Origin: Candidatus Eiseniibacteriota bacterium
Lineage (GTDB): Bacteria; Eisenbacteria; RBG-16-71-46; CAVPCR01
Assembly: GCA_963702435.1 (NCBI GenBank)
Contig: CAVPCR010000004.1
Span: forward strand, 64,001-128,000
DNA: 64,000 bases
Reading direction: 5' to 3'
Within the stretch, counting starts at the first letter, position 1, and every line of letters starts with the position of its first letter. Below the pieces are notes generated by a model, which saw only the letters and a list, made by a program, of their open reading frames with translations, was not told the DNA's origin and searched no databases. Shown piece by piece: positions 12,172 through 22,182 of the stretch. The position numbers and the translations under genes are program-made.

Positions 12172-12975
12172 TTGGCGGAGAGCGTGAGCGAACTCAAATC
12201 CTTCTATGAGGACTGGGCCGCCGCGCGCGAAGCGAGCCCCGACGTGCAGGATTACGAGCGCCTGGCGTCTGCCTGGAAGTGGCAGCACCTGGAGCTCCTG
12301 GTCAGGAGTGCGGGCGCGTCCCCGCGAAGCATCCTCGAGTTCGGGTGCGGGTCCGGCGAGATGCTGGAGCTGGCCGGAAGGGCCTTTCCGGAAGCCGTGC
12401 TGCACGGGATCGACCTCGCGGAGCGGATGCTGGCGATGGCGTCCGAGCGCCTCCCGCGAGGGCGGTTCATCGCCGGAGGCGTGGAGACGCTCGCTGCCTG
12501 GCCGGAACCCGTGGACCTCGTGCTTGCCGTCGACATCCTCGAGCATCTCGAAGATCCCCGGCCCGCGGCCCGCGCGCTGGGGGGAGCGGGACGGCTCGTC
12601 GCGCTCAAGATCCCCCTCGAGCGCCGGGTGCTCCGGCTCGGGTTCCGCCGGCAGCGACCGGGGCCCGCGCACCACATCGCGGGCCATCTACACTTCTGGA
12701 CCCTGGCGGAGTCGCGCGCTCTCCTGGCTGCGGCGGGCCTCGAGATCGTGGCGGAGAAATGTGTGGACCCGCCGGAATCGATCCGGTATCACCCGAGCAC
12801 ACGCCAGGGGCCGCTGGGGGCGGGGCGGGAACGAGGCTGGATTGCACCGCTCCGGCGTGCCCACAGCGCGTGCGAGGAGCGCCTCGAGCGCTGGTCGTGC
12901 CGCAGCCAGCCGACGCTCCACCGGCTCGTGTTCGGATCGAGCCACTTCGTGATGGCGCGCCCGCGCGGGGGTTGA
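12172..12975 (+). CDS. Class I SAM-dependent methyltransferase
   Basis: ILEFGCGSG motif I, GIDLAERML, DILEHLEDP. Confidence 0.8.
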   Translation: MAESVSELKSFYEDWAAAREASPDVQDYERLASAWKWQHLELLVRSAGASPRSILEFGCGSGEMLELAGRAFPEAVLHGIDLAERMLAMASERLPRGRFIAGGVETLAAWPEPVDLVLAVDILEHLEDPRPAARALGGAGRLVALKIPLERRVLRLGFRRQRPGPAHHIAGHLHFWTLAESRALLAAAGLEIVAEKCVDPPESIRYHPSTRQGPLGAGRERGWIAPLRRAHSACEERLERWSCRSQPTLHRLVFGSSHFVMARPRGG

Positions 12976-13404
12976 CCGGGCCAGGGACGGCCGGGTTTCC
13001 CCGGTGGGCGGCGTCGGCCCGGGGCCGGCGCCGATCGGGTGTATCAACGCGGGACACGAAACCGCCCTGAGGGGCTCGGGGTTTCGAGGTCCATGGCGGG
13101 GCCGATGGCGGTTCGAATCGGCGGCCCCAAGTCCGGCCACCTGCCGGCCGATAACACAGCACGACAGGGAGACGGCCCGCGCGGGCAAGAGAAGAGGGCG
13201 GTGGGAACCGCGGTCTTCCCGATCGCGCGGTGGCGGTTGGCCTTGGCGACGACAGGCAACGGCAGAGAGTCTCCCCCACCCGGGGCCATCGCGCCCCACG
13301 GCCTCGCGGCGCGCCCAGGCCCGCCGCGACTCGAGACGCGAAACATCCAGCCCAGCCGGAGCCTTGGGTGCGGCCGCGTGCCCCGGGGCGTGGAGGTCCG
13401 AGCC

Positions 13405-15168
13405 GTGACCCAGATACTTTTCGCAGCGCGAGCCCCGCGCGTGGGCGGACGTTCCAGCCGCATTCTCTGCCGCGCATGTCTTGGCGCGATCGCCGCGGCC
13501 GTACTCCTCGTCGGCTGCGGCCCGAAGCCTGCCGCCAACGTCGACACCGGACGCGTTCCCCACACCGTGCGCGGGACCGAAGGATGGGACCGCATGGACT
13601 GGGGCCCGTGGAGCGCGACGGGAGACAGCGCGACGGGTGATTCGGCGGTCCCGGGCGGACAGGCCGAGGATCTCCTCGAAGCGGCGGAATCCGCGCTCGT
13701 CACCGCGGGGGAAGCCCACGCGGCGGGCAACGAGGGCGAGTACCGGGCGTCGCTCGGCGACGCGTTCGAGGCGCTCCGGCGCGCCGAGCTCGCGATGAGC
13801 GAGGACCCGGCCTCCTTCGCCTACCTGAGGCCGGCCTACGAAGGGCTGATCTCGGATCTGCGGACGGGCATGACCGCAGCGAGCCCGGGGGCCGCGAGCG
13901 CGCTCGATGCGTCGCCGGCCGAGCTCGCCGGGGCCGCCGAGGTGCACCTCGGAAACGGCGCCACGTACGAGATGCCGATCAACTCCGACGATCCGCTCGT
14001 GGCGAAGTACCTCGCGCTCTTCAACGAGGGGCAGCGGCGGGCGTTCCTCGAGGACGCGTTTGAGCGCTCGAACCGCTACCGGCCGATGGTGCTCGAGGAG
14101 ATCCGCAAGGCCGGGTTGCCCGAAGAGCTCTGGGTCGTGCCCATCGTCGAGAGCGGCTACAAGGTTAGCGCCTACTCGCGGGCCCGCGCGGTCGGGCTCT
14201 GGCAGTTCATGATCCCGACCGGGCGGAACTACGGGCTCACCATCAACGAGTGGGTGGACGAGCGGCGTGATCCGCTCAAGTCGACGCGCGCGGCGATGGC
14301 CTATCTCAAGGACCTGTACGTCTGGTTCAACAGCTGGGAGTTCGCGCTCGCCGCCTACAACCGGGGCGAAGGTGGCATCCACAGGGACATCCAGCGATCG
14401 CGGATCGCCGACTTCATGGAGATGGCGGAGCTCGGCGCGACCCACACGGAGACCTTGAACCACGTCCCGCAGATCCATGCGGCCGCGATCATCGCCAAGC
14501 ACCCCGAGAAGTACGGCTTCAGGCTCGCGGACGAGCCCGCCCAGATGGACACCCTGACCATCGACTACGTCGTCGACCTGAGCGTCGTCGCGGAGTGCGC
14601 GGGCACAACCGAGAGCGAGCTCCGCGAGCTGAATCCGGAGCTCAGGACCTGGGTGACTCCCGTCCTTTCCACGGACTACCCGACCTACACGCTCAAGCTC
14701 CCCGGTGGATCGCTCGAGCGGTATCACGCGGCCATCGCGCAGGTCGACGACAAGACCCCGAAGCGCCAGATGGTCTACGTCGTGCGCAAGGGGGACAACC
14801 TGGCCGGGGTCGCCCGCAAGTTCGGGGTGTCATCGCAGGACATCAAGGAGTGGAACCACCTGCGCTCGACTCGCCTGCGCCGGGGCCAGCGCCTGGTCGT
14901 GTTCCCGCCGAAGAAGAAGCCAGCGGCCGCCAGTGAGGCGACGGCAGTGGCTGCGGCGCCGGACGCCAAGGAGACCGCGGGAGCGCCGGCCGAGAAGGCC
15001 ATGACGAAGCCGTCCACGATCACCCACACGGTCCGCCGCGGCGACACGCTGTTCGCCATCGCTCAGCAGTACAACACGAGCGTGGACGAGCTCCGCCGGC
15101 TGAACGGTCTGAAGAGCCGCGGGAAGATCTTCCCGGGGCAGAAGCTCAAGGTGCAGGCGGGGAGCTAG
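13405..15168 (+). CDS. mltD: Membrane-bound lytic murein transglycosylase D-like lipoprotein (SLT + 2 LysM)
   Basis: Lipobox LLVGC; IVESG, AVGLWQF, DERRDP, ALAAYN; LysM repeats YVVRKGDNL and HTVRRGDTL. GTG start follows GGAGG. Confidence 0.85.
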   Translation: MTQILFAARAPRVGGRSSRILCRACLGAIAAAVLLVGCGPKPAANVDTGRVPHTVRGTEGWDRMDWGPWSATGDSATGDSAVPGGQAEDLLEAAESALVTAGEAHAAGNEGEYRASLGDAFEALRRAELAMSEDPASFAYLRPAYEGLISDLRTGMTAASPGAASALDASPAELAGAAEVHLGNGATYEMPINSDDPLVAKYLALFNEGQRRAFLEDAFERSNRYRPMVLEEIRKAGLPEELWVVPIVESGYKVSAYSRARAVGLWQFMIPTGRNYGLTINEWVDERRDPLKSTRAAMAYLKDLYVWFNSWEFALAAYNRGEGGIHRDIQRSRIADFMEMAELGATHTETLNHVPQIHAAAIIAKHPEKYGFRLADEPAQMDTLTIDYVVDLSVVAECAGTTESELRELNPELRTWVTPVLSTDYPTYTLKLPGGSLERYHAAIAQVDDKTPKRQMVYVVRKGDNLAGVARKFGVSSQDIKEWNHLRSTRLRRGQRLVVFPPKKKPAAASEATAVAAAPDAKETAGAPAEKAMTKPSTITHTVRRGDTLFAIAQQYNTSVDELRRLNGLKSRGKIFPGQKLKVQAGS

Positions 15169-15397
15169 ACTGGCGCCAGGGACGTCTCGATCGCTCGCGC
15201 GTGCGGAGCGCGGCCAGCCGGCAGACGACAGCGCGGGGCGGATGGGCACGACGACCATCCGCCCCGCGTCGCTTTCATGGGGCCAGGGACTCGAGAGCCG
15301 ATCCATTTGACCGGCGGGGCCCACCACGCGGAATGGAAGGCCCCGCCGATCGGGTGCGAGGCAACGGTGCTCCCCGAAGCCCCGGAAGGGTCGGACT

Positions 15398-16738
15398 TCA
15401 GCTCGTGGCGGAGACCCCGAGCACCTGCGCGATCTCGAGGAGCTGCGCCCGGAGCTCATGATCCGTGGTGAGCCGCTTCTCGATCTTGGAGCAGCCGTGC
15501 ATCACCGTCGTGTGGTCCCGGCCGCCGAGCTCCTGGCCGATGTCGGCGAAGCTCTTTCCGGTGTGCTTCCGGATCAGGAACATGGCGACCTGGCGCGGCA
15601 GCGCGATGGCGTTGGTGCGTTTCTTGCCCACGAGCTGATCGATCTCGAGCTCGTACACCTGCGCCACGACCTCGATGATGCGCCGGGAGCCGACGGCCCG
15701 GCGCTGCCCACGGAACAGGTCGCTCAGCACCTGCTCGGCGAACGGGAGGTCGACCGGACGGTTGGCGTTCCGCGCCCGGGCGAAGAGCCGGGTGAGGCAC
15801 CCCTCGAGCTCGCGGATGTTGGTCTTGATGTTCTGGGCGATGAGCATGGCGACGTCGTCGCGGATCGGCGTCTCCTTGAGCTCGGCATGCTTCTTGACGA
15901 TGGCCACCCGGGTCTCGAGATCGGGAGGCTGGATATCGGCCACGAGGCCCCAGCCGAAGCGCGAGATCAGGCGATCCTCGAGACCGTCGAGCTCCTTGGG
16001 GGGGCGGTCCGAGGCGATCACGATCTGCTTGTGGGCCTCGTGGAGCGCGTTGAAGGTGTGGAAGAACTCCTCCTGCGTGGCGTCCTTCTTGGCGAGGAAG
16101 TGGATGTCGTCGATGAGCAGCACGTCCATGCCCCGGAACTTGCGCTTGAAATCGAGCGCTCTCCCGCGCTGGATCGCGTTGATCATCTCGATCATGAAGA
16201 TCTCGCCGGTGGTGTAGAAAACGCGCGCATCGGGGTTTGCGGAGAGCACGTGCGCCCCGATGGCGTGGAGGATGTGGGTCTTGCCGAGACCGACGCCGCC
16301 GTAGACGAAGAGCGGGTTGTAGGCCTTGCCCGGTCGCTCGGCCACGGCGAGCGACGCGGCCTGCGCGAACTCGTTGGACGGTCCCACGACGAAGGTCTCG
16401 AAGGTGTGGCGATGGTTGAGTCCGGTCACGTGCCGCAGTCGCGGCCGCACCGAGGCCGGCTCGGGATGGCTGGCCGGTTCGGTGGTCTGCTGTTGAATCG
16501 TGAAACCGACCTTGACCTTGAATCCAAGCTCGGTTTCGGCACAGGTTTCGATGAGCGTCCGGAAGTGCTCGTCAACCCAGTCCTTATAGAAGGAGTGGGG
16601 CACTCCGAGGACGAACTCGCCGCCGTCGACGGCGAGAAGCGACATGGGGCGAATCCACGTGTTGAAGCTCTTACCGGGGACCAAGTCACGCAGCCGATCC
16701 TGCACCCGGTCCCACACACTGCCGTTGGTCACGGTCAC
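15398..16738 (-). CDS. dnaA: Chromosomal replication initiator DnaA
   Basis: YNPLFVYGGVGLGKTH, LLIDDIHF, QEEFFHTFN, NIRELEG, RQVAM, GGRDHTTVMH. GTG start estimated. Confidence 0.97.
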   Translation of the reverse strand: MTVTNGSVWDRVQDRLRDLVPGKSFNTWIRPMSLLAVDGGEFVLGVPHSFYKDWVDEHFRTLIETCAETELGFKVKVGFTIQQQTTEPASHPEPASVRPRLRHVTGLNHRHTFETFVVGPSNEFAQAASLAVAERPGKAYNPLFVYGGVGLGKTHILHAIGAHVLSANPDARVFYTTGEIFMIEMINAIQRGRALDFKRKFRGMDVLLIDDIHFLAKKDATQEEFFHTFNALHEAHKQIVIASDRPPKELDGLEDRLISRFGWGLVADIQPPDLETRVAIVKKHAELKETPIRDDVAMLIAQNIKTNIRELEGCLTRLFARARNANRPVDLPFAEQVLSDLFRGQRRAVGSRRIIEVVAQVYELEIDQLVGKKRTNAIALPRQVAMFLIRKHTGKSFADIGQELGGRDHTTVMHGCSKIEKRLTTDHELRAQLLEIAQVLGVSATS

Positions 16739-17103
16739 CGTCAGTTCCCTCGGGCGCTGGTCAGGTTGTTGCCAGTAAAATGAACAAGGGCCAAGGCAAT
16801 GCGGAGCCATCCAGCGGAGCGGCATGCGCCGACACCCGCCACTCATGTGTAGCAAGATGCAAGTCTCTGCTGTTGTACGGGAAGTAAGTCTTGAGCGGCC
16901 CCGGCACGAGCCCAGACCCATCGAGCGATCCACAGGGCGCTGGGAGAAGCTGGTGCCCGTGGAAGGGATGGCTCGCGGATCCACCGATCCTCTTGCGGGC
17001 TGGGCTGTCCCTTGGGTGCGCGCAATCTATCACCCGTACCTCGCGTATTCAAGCGCTTTTTTGGGCTTGACGCGCCCCGCGGGCGTCTCTAATATCCACC
17101 GGA

Positions 17104-17112
17104 TTATTCACA
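17104..17112 (+). promoter_or_regulatory. DnaA box in the dnaA-rpmH intergenic region
   Basis: TTATTCACA matches TTWTNCACA. A weaker ATATCCACC lies at 17092. Confidence 0.65.
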
Positions 17113-17221
17113 TGATGCGGAAAGCGCGCGGGACGCGACCGGTCCGCGCGCCGAGGCGCAAACGCGAAAGTCGAGGTAAGAGCTTTCGCATCAACCGACT
17201 GAGCGAAGAGGTTAGTCGCAA

Positions 17222-17356
17222 GTGAAGCGCACGTACCAGCCGCACAACAAGAGCCGCAAGCGGACCCACGGATTCCGCCGGCGGATGAAGACGAAGAACG
17301 GACGAGCGGTCCTCTCTCGCCGCCGCGCCAAGGGCCGTCAGCGACTCTGTGTCTGA
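17222..17356 (+). CDS. rpmH: 50S ribosomal protein L34 (not in ORF track)
   Basis: Manual translation [44 protein letters not shown]; divergent from dnaA. Confidence 0.97.
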   Translation: MKRTYQPHNKSRKRTHGFRRRMKTKNGRAVLSRRRAKGRQRLCV

Positions 17357-17762
17357 GGACGACGAGTCCAGTTCGCCGCGCCCGCCCCGATCGCGCTTCC
17401 CAGCCAGTCTCAAGCTCCGGCTCCAGAGCGAGATTCGCGCCGTGTTCGATTCCGGCGAGCGAGCGCCGGGCCGGCTCGTGGTAGTGTCGGTTCTCAAGGG
17501 GACGCGAGAACACAGGGTCGTCATCGTGGCTTCGCGGCGCATCGGAGGAGCGGTCGAGCGCAACCGGGCCAAGCGCCTTCTGCGCGAGGCCTACCGGCTC
17601 CATCGCCACCGGCTGTCCGCTCCCTGCCATATCGCGCTGGTGGCACGCTCGAGCTGTCCACGCTCGACCCGCGGTGAGGTCGAGGTGGATCTGCTCGCCT
17701 TGCTCGCGAAGCTGGGCTGCCTGTCCGCTCCTGGGGGGCAGGGGCCCGGGGTGCCGGAATGA
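17349..17762 (+). CDS. rnpA: Ribonuclease P protein component
   Basis: [16 protein letters not shown] motif; synteny after rpmH. Confidence 0.92.
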   Translation: MSEDDESSSPRPPRSRFPASLKLRLQSEIRAVFDSGERAPGRLVVVSVLKGTREHRVVIVASRRIGGAVERNRAKRLLREAYRLHRHRLSAPCHIALVARSSCPRSTRGEVEVDLLALLAKLGCLSAPGGQGPGVPE

Positions 17763-17968
17763 AACCCGTGGCGCTGGCACTGATCGACCTGTATCGCCGG
17801 GTCATCTCCCCGACCATGCCGGCCACGTGCCGGTTTGCCCCGAGCTGTTCGGAGTACGCGCGCGAAGCCATCGCGCGATACGGAAGCCTGCGCGGCGGCT
17901 GGCTCGCCGTGCGCCGGCTCGCGCGATGCCATCCCTGGCACGAGGGAGGCTACGACCCGGTGCGCTGA
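17759..17968 (+). CDS. yidD: Membrane protein insertion efficiency factor
   Basis: [10 protein letters not shown]...RCHPW...GGYDPV. Confidence 0.93.
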   Translation: MKPVALALIDLYRRVISPTMPATCRFAPSCSEYAREAIARYGSLRGGWLAVRRLARCHPWHEGGYDPVR

Positions 17969-18078
17969 ACCCGGTGGTACGCCGACGCCGGGATCTCCGG
18001 GGCGGCGGCGCGATAGGATGCGCTGAAGGAAGCAGCACGCGCTGAAAGACGCGCCGACAGGAGTCGCCAGCTTCGATC

Positions 18079-19878
18079 ATGGATAAACGGACCCTAACCG
18101 CCTTCGCTCTGGCCGGGATCGTGCTCATCACCTGGAGCATCCTCTTTCCTCCGGCGCGCACGCCGTCGCCGGACGGCGGAGCCTTCGACTCGTCGCTCGT
18201 CCGGGAGCCGTCGACGGCCGAGAGTCGCGAGCCGGAAGGTATGGGGTCCCGCGACCCGGGCGGGATCGAGGCCGGATCGCCGGCGCTTGTGGACGGGAGC
18301 GAAGCGCCGGGCACCCAGGTCGAGGACCCGGCGGCGGCCACCGGGGAGCCGCAATGGGAGCAGGTCCCCTCCGACTCGGTGCGCGTCGAGACGGATCTCT
18401 TGCGCGCGCACATCCACACGCACGGCGGCGGGCTCACGATGGTGGAGCTCAGGCACTATCCGAACGGCTACGAGCCCGGGACCGTCGTCGACCTCGTTCG
18501 CCCCGGCCTCGAAGCGCTCGACGTCGCCCTGGCCTGGGGGAAGCCCGAGACGCGCCGGATGTCGCTTGCCAACGCCCTCTTCGCCGTGGCTCGCGCCGCG
18601 GAGTCCGAGGACGGCGTGCGCACGGAACGCATCACGCTCACCGCGCGCCGGAGCGACGGCCTCGTCGTCACCCGCCGTTACACTTTCCAGGCTGGATCCT
18701 ATGAGGTGGGGCACGAGATCGAAGTGTCCGGGCTCGCGGGAGCGCTCGAGTCTCCGGAGCTCGTCGTCGGATGGCGCTCCGGGATCCCGTACACCGAGGC
18801 CGACCGCGCATCGAACGAGCAGAACTTCGCGAGCCTCGTCCGCGTTGGCGACGAGGTGTCGAGCTGGAACCCCGGCAAGTTCAAGAACGGGCCGCGGGAG
18901 GTCGAGGGCGCCGTGCGCTGGGTGGCCGTGAGCAACAAGTACTTCCTCGCGGCGCTCATGCCGGCGCCAGGAACGGCGGTCGTCGCCGGGGCCGACGGGG
19001 ATGCCTCGTCCTTCCGAAACTCGGTATGGCTCCGGATGCCGGCGGCCGACGTGGCCGGCGCCCGGGTCGATCTCAGGCTCTTTCTCGGACCGAAGGACCT
19101 CGACCGCGTGAAGGCGGTCGATCCGGGGCTGGGCGATGCGGTGAGTCTCGGCTATCGCTGGATGCGTCCGCTGAGCCAGCTCATGCTGGTCGTCCTCAAG
19201 GCGACCTACCGCATCATCCCGAACTACGGGCTCGTCATCATCGTGCTGTCGGTGCTCATCCGGGTCCTCCTCTTCCCGCTCAATCAATCGAGCATGCGCT
19301 CCATGAAGGCGATGCAGCGGGTGCAGCCCGAGATGGAAGCCCTGCGCAAGAAGTACGCCGATCGGCCGCAGGAAATGAACAAGCAGCTCATGCTGCTCTA
19401 CCAGAAGCACAAGGTGAACCCGGTCGGGGGCTGTCTGCCGATCATCGTGCAGATGCCGGTGCTCTTCGCGCTCTACTTCTCGCTCATGTTCGCGATCGAC
19501 CTGAGGATGGCGCCCTTCGTGGGCTGGATCCACGATCTCTCGGCGCCGGACACGGTGGCCCACGTGATGGGCTTCCCGATCCACGTGCTGCCGATCATCA
19601 TGACCATCGTCTCGGTGCTGCAGGCGCGCTCGACCCCCACCGACCCGCGCCAGGCCATGATGACCACGCTCATGCCGATCTTTCTCCTGGTCTTCTTCTA
19701 CAATATGCCTTCGGGACTGGTGCTCTACTGGACCGTGACCAATCTGGGCACCTGGGCGCAGCAGCTCATCGTGAACCGCGGGGATGTCGCGAAGGCGCCG
19801 CAGCCCGGGGCGGCCGACGCGAGCCCCCCGGCGGCGGGAGCACCCGCAGCCCTGGCGCCGGGGCGGAAGGCGGATTAG
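18079..19878 (+). CDS. yidC: Membrane protein insertase YidC
   Basis: NYGLVII, KVNPVGGCLPIIVQMP, WIHDLSAPD, PSGLVLYW. Confidence 0.95.
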   Translation: MDKRTLTAFALAGIVLITWSILFPPARTPSPDGGAFDSSLVREPSTAESREPEGMGSRDPGGIEAGSPALVDGSEAPGTQVEDPAAATGEPQWEQVPSDSVRVETDLLRAHIHTHGGGLTMVELRHYPNGYEPGTVVDLVRPGLEALDVALAWGKPETRRMSLANALFAVARAAESEDGVRTERITLTARRSDGLVVTRRYTFQAGSYEVGHEIEVSGLAGALESPELVVGWRSGIPYTEADRASNEQNFASLVRVGDEVSSWNPGKFKNGPREVEGAVRWVAVSNKYFLAALMPAPGTAVVAGADGDASSFRNSVWLRMPAADVAGARVDLRLFLGPKDLDRVKAVDPGLGDAVSLGYRWMRPLSQLMLVVLKATYRIIPNYGLVIIVLSVLIRVLLFPLNQSSMRSMKAMQRVQPEMEALRKKYADRPQEMNKQLMLLYQKHKVNPVGGCLPIIVQMPVLFALYFSLMFAIDLRMAPFVGWIHDLSAPDTVAHVMGFPIHVLPIIMTIVSVLQARSTPTDPRQAMMTTLMPIFLLVFFYNMPSGLVLYWTVTNLGTWAQQLIVNRGDVAKAPQPGAADASPPAAGAPAALAPGRKAD

Positions 19879-20003
19879 GTCGGACGGTGGTCGGGTCACG
19901 CGGGGCAGCAGGTTGATGGGCGCGGGGCACACCTCCCCGCGCTGCGGACAGGGGGGCAGCCGGATCGCTCGCGGCTGCGGCGCGCAACAGCAGGGGAGTG
20001 AGC

Positions 20004-21032
20004 ATGCAAGAGCACGATAGCCCACAGGCGGAGTCGGCCGAGGCCGAAGGGAAGACGGTCGACGAGGCGGTCCGCAAGGCTCTCATCGCCACCGGCTGGA
20101 AGCGGGATCAGGTCACCGTGGACGTTCTCGACCATGGTGGGCGCAGCGCCTGGGTGAGCGACAGCGTGGCCCGGGTTCGGCTCCGGCGGGGAACCGCCGA
20201 TGCGTTCGATCTTGCGCGGCAGGTGACCACCGAGCTTCTCCGGCGGATCGGTCTTCCGGCTCAGGTCAAGGTGGAGAAGCGCCCGGACCATCTCCACGTC
20301 CACGTGCAGGGGGAGCGCCTGGACGAAGTGCTCCTGAGCCAGGACGGCGAGCCCCTCGACGCGCTCCAGCACCTCGTCGCGCGCATCGTGTCCAAGCAGA
20401 GCGCGAGTCGCCAAATGGTCAGCGTGGATCTGGGCGGCTACCGCGAGCGGCGAGAGAGGGACCTCCGGGACATGGCTTACCGGCTGGCCGATGAAGTGCG
20501 GGAGACGGGCGAGCAGATCCTGACCGAGCCGATGGGGGCGAGCGAACGTCGGGTGATTCACCTCGCGCTGAACGAGGATCCCGACATCACGACTTTCGCC
20601 ATCGGAGATGGCCTGGTGAAGCAGATCGCGATCGCGCCCATCGATCAGGCCCCCCCACCCGAGCAACGGCGACCGAGCGACCGCCGCGGTCGCGACGGTC
20701 GGGGCGGGCGCGACTCCGGGCGCGGGGATCGAGACCGGGAGCGCGGTCGCGGCCCGGGTGGCGACCGCTATCGCCGGGATCGGGGGCCCGGAGATCGGAG
20801 GCCGGGAGATCGGAGGCCGGGAGACCGCGGGCCAGGTGGTCGCGGGGGGCAAGGGGGAGATCGCGGCCCTGCGGATCGGGGCCCTGCGGATCGGGGCCCA
20901 GCGGATCGGGGGCCCGGGGAACGCGGGCCGGATGATCGCGGACGCGACGAGCGCGGCGGCGGACAGGGATCCGACCGGAGTCGTGGATCGGATCGCGGCG
21001 GCCACGGGCGGGGGCGCGACGACCGGCGATAG
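20004..21032 (+). CDS. jag: Jag/EloR (KhpB) RNA-binding protein with long Arg/Gly/Asp-rich tail
   Basis: Jag_N (GKTVDEAV), KH-like LDALQHL, R3H ERRVIHLAL; synteny after yidC. Confidence 0.88.
   Translation: MQEHDSPQAESAEAEGKTVDEAVRKALIATGWKRDQVTVDVLDHGGRSAWVSDSVARVRLRRGTADAFDLARQVTTELLRRIGLPAQVKVEKRPDHLHVHVQGERLDEVLLSQDGEPLDALQHLVARIVSKQSASRQMVSVDLGGYRERRERDLRDMAYRLADEVRETGEQILTEPMGASERRVIHLALNEDPDITTFAIGDGLVKQIAIAPIDQAPPPEQRRPSDRRGRDGRGGRDSGRGDRDRERGRGPGGDRYRRDRGPGDRRPGDRRPGDRGPGGRGGQGGDRGPADRGPADRGPADRGPGERGPDDRGRDERGGGQGSDRSRGSDRGGHGRGRDDRR
20778..20940 (+). repeat. In-frame 15-nt degenerate tandem repeats in the jag tail
   Basis: GGAGATCGGAGGCCG (GDRRP) and GCGGATCGGGGCCCT (ADRGP) units. 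Confidence 0.8.
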
Positions 21033-21221
21033 GCGACACCGGCATCGTCGGGCGTTTCCCATGCAGGGTCCGTAGCCCATCCTTCTACCATATCGCCCAA
21101 TTCGCCATGGACGCCGCGACCGAACGGGGCGATAGCCAGCGACCGCTGCCGGGAGTGCCGGCACCCGCTCCCCTCGGGACCGCCGGGAAGCAAGGAGTGC
21201 GCGGAAGCTCGTGAAGTCGCC

Positions 21222-22043
21222 GTGGAGCTGGCCGGGCTCGGCATCACGCTCGACCCGGCCACCGAGGAAGCACTGGCGCTCTACCTGCGGCGCATCAGGC
21301 AGTGGAGCGAGCGCATCAACCTCGTCTCGGCCCACGATGTGGAGCGTCTGGGACGACGGCATCTCCTCGAGAGCTTCAACGTTCTGGCCTGTCCATTCCC
21401 GCTGGCCGGAGCACGGCTGGCCGATGCCGGAAGCGGAGCCGGATTCCCCGGCATCCCACTTGCTTTGATCGAGCCGACACTCGAGGTTCTGCTCATCGAG
21501 TCCGTGCGCAAGAAGGCCGCGTTCTTGTCTCGCATGGTGGCCGACCTCGGGCTTGCTCCATCATCGGAGGCGGTGCCATGGCCGGGGCCGCCGGCGCCAT
21601 CGCCGGGGCCGCCGGCGCCATCGCCGGGGCCGCTGGCGCCATCGCCGGGGCCGCTGGCGCCATCGCCGGGGCCGGAGCACGTCGGATCGGCGAGGGCGAC
21701 GTCCGCCGAGGGTGCCGGTCCTCCCCCGCCGGCCCGAATCATCGTTGCCGCGGAACGAGCCGAGGCGCTGGCTCTGGCGCCGGAGCATCGCTCTCGGTAC
21801 GGGATCGTCACGGTCCGTGGGTTCGGGCCTCTGTCGCGGGCCGTGCGCGAATGCGGGGCATTGCTCGCGCCGGGAGGGTTCCTGGTCGCGTTCAAGGGAA
21901 CCTCACCGGAGCGAGAGGTTCGTGACGCGCTGGGAGCCATGAAGGGACGAGAGATGGCGCTCACCGACATCGCTCCGATGCGGTGGGGCGAAGGGTGCCT
22001 CGTGCTCCTCAGACGCAAGGGAGCGGGCGATTCCAGATCGTGA
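21222..22043 (+). CDS. rsmG: 16S rRNA m7G527 methyltransferase RsmG (GidB) with Pro-rich insertion
   Basis: INLVS, HLLES, DAGSGAGFPGIPL, ESVRKKAAFL, RAE. Confidence 0.9.
   Translation: MELAGLGITLDPATEEALALYLRRIRQWSERINLVSAHDVERLGRRHLLESFNVLACPFPLAGARLADAGSGAGFPGIPLALIEPTLEVLLIESVRKKAAFLSRMVADLGLAPSSEAVPWPGPPAPSPGPPAPSPGPLAPSPGPLAPSPGPEHVGSARATSAEGAGPPPPARIIVAAERAEALALAPEHRSRYGIVTVRGFGPLSRAVRECGALLAPGGFLVAFKGTSPEREVRDALGAMKGREMALTDIAPMRWGEGCLVLLRRKGAGDSRS
21581..21674 (+). repeat. 21-nt tandem repeat, about 4.5 copies, inside rsmG
   Basis: GCCGGGGCCGC(C/T)GGCGCCATC x4 plus a partial copy; encodes PGP(P/L)APS. Confidence 0.9.
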
Positions 22044-22182
22044 GCGAGAGCGCCCGCGTGTCAGGGAGTGGAGGAGAGGCCGGCGATCCCCGGTGATACG
22101 CGCGTTCGGACTGGATCGAGGTGTCGCGGCGCGGCGGCAGCATGAAGCGGGCGGTGTCGCGAACGAAACGAGCTGACGTGGG

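Noticed and set aside
9804..14727. Long minus-strand ORFs (693 aa at 9804 and 679 aa at 12688)
   Set aside because: Antisense to the radical SAM, methyltransferase and mltD genes, with no recognisable motifs.
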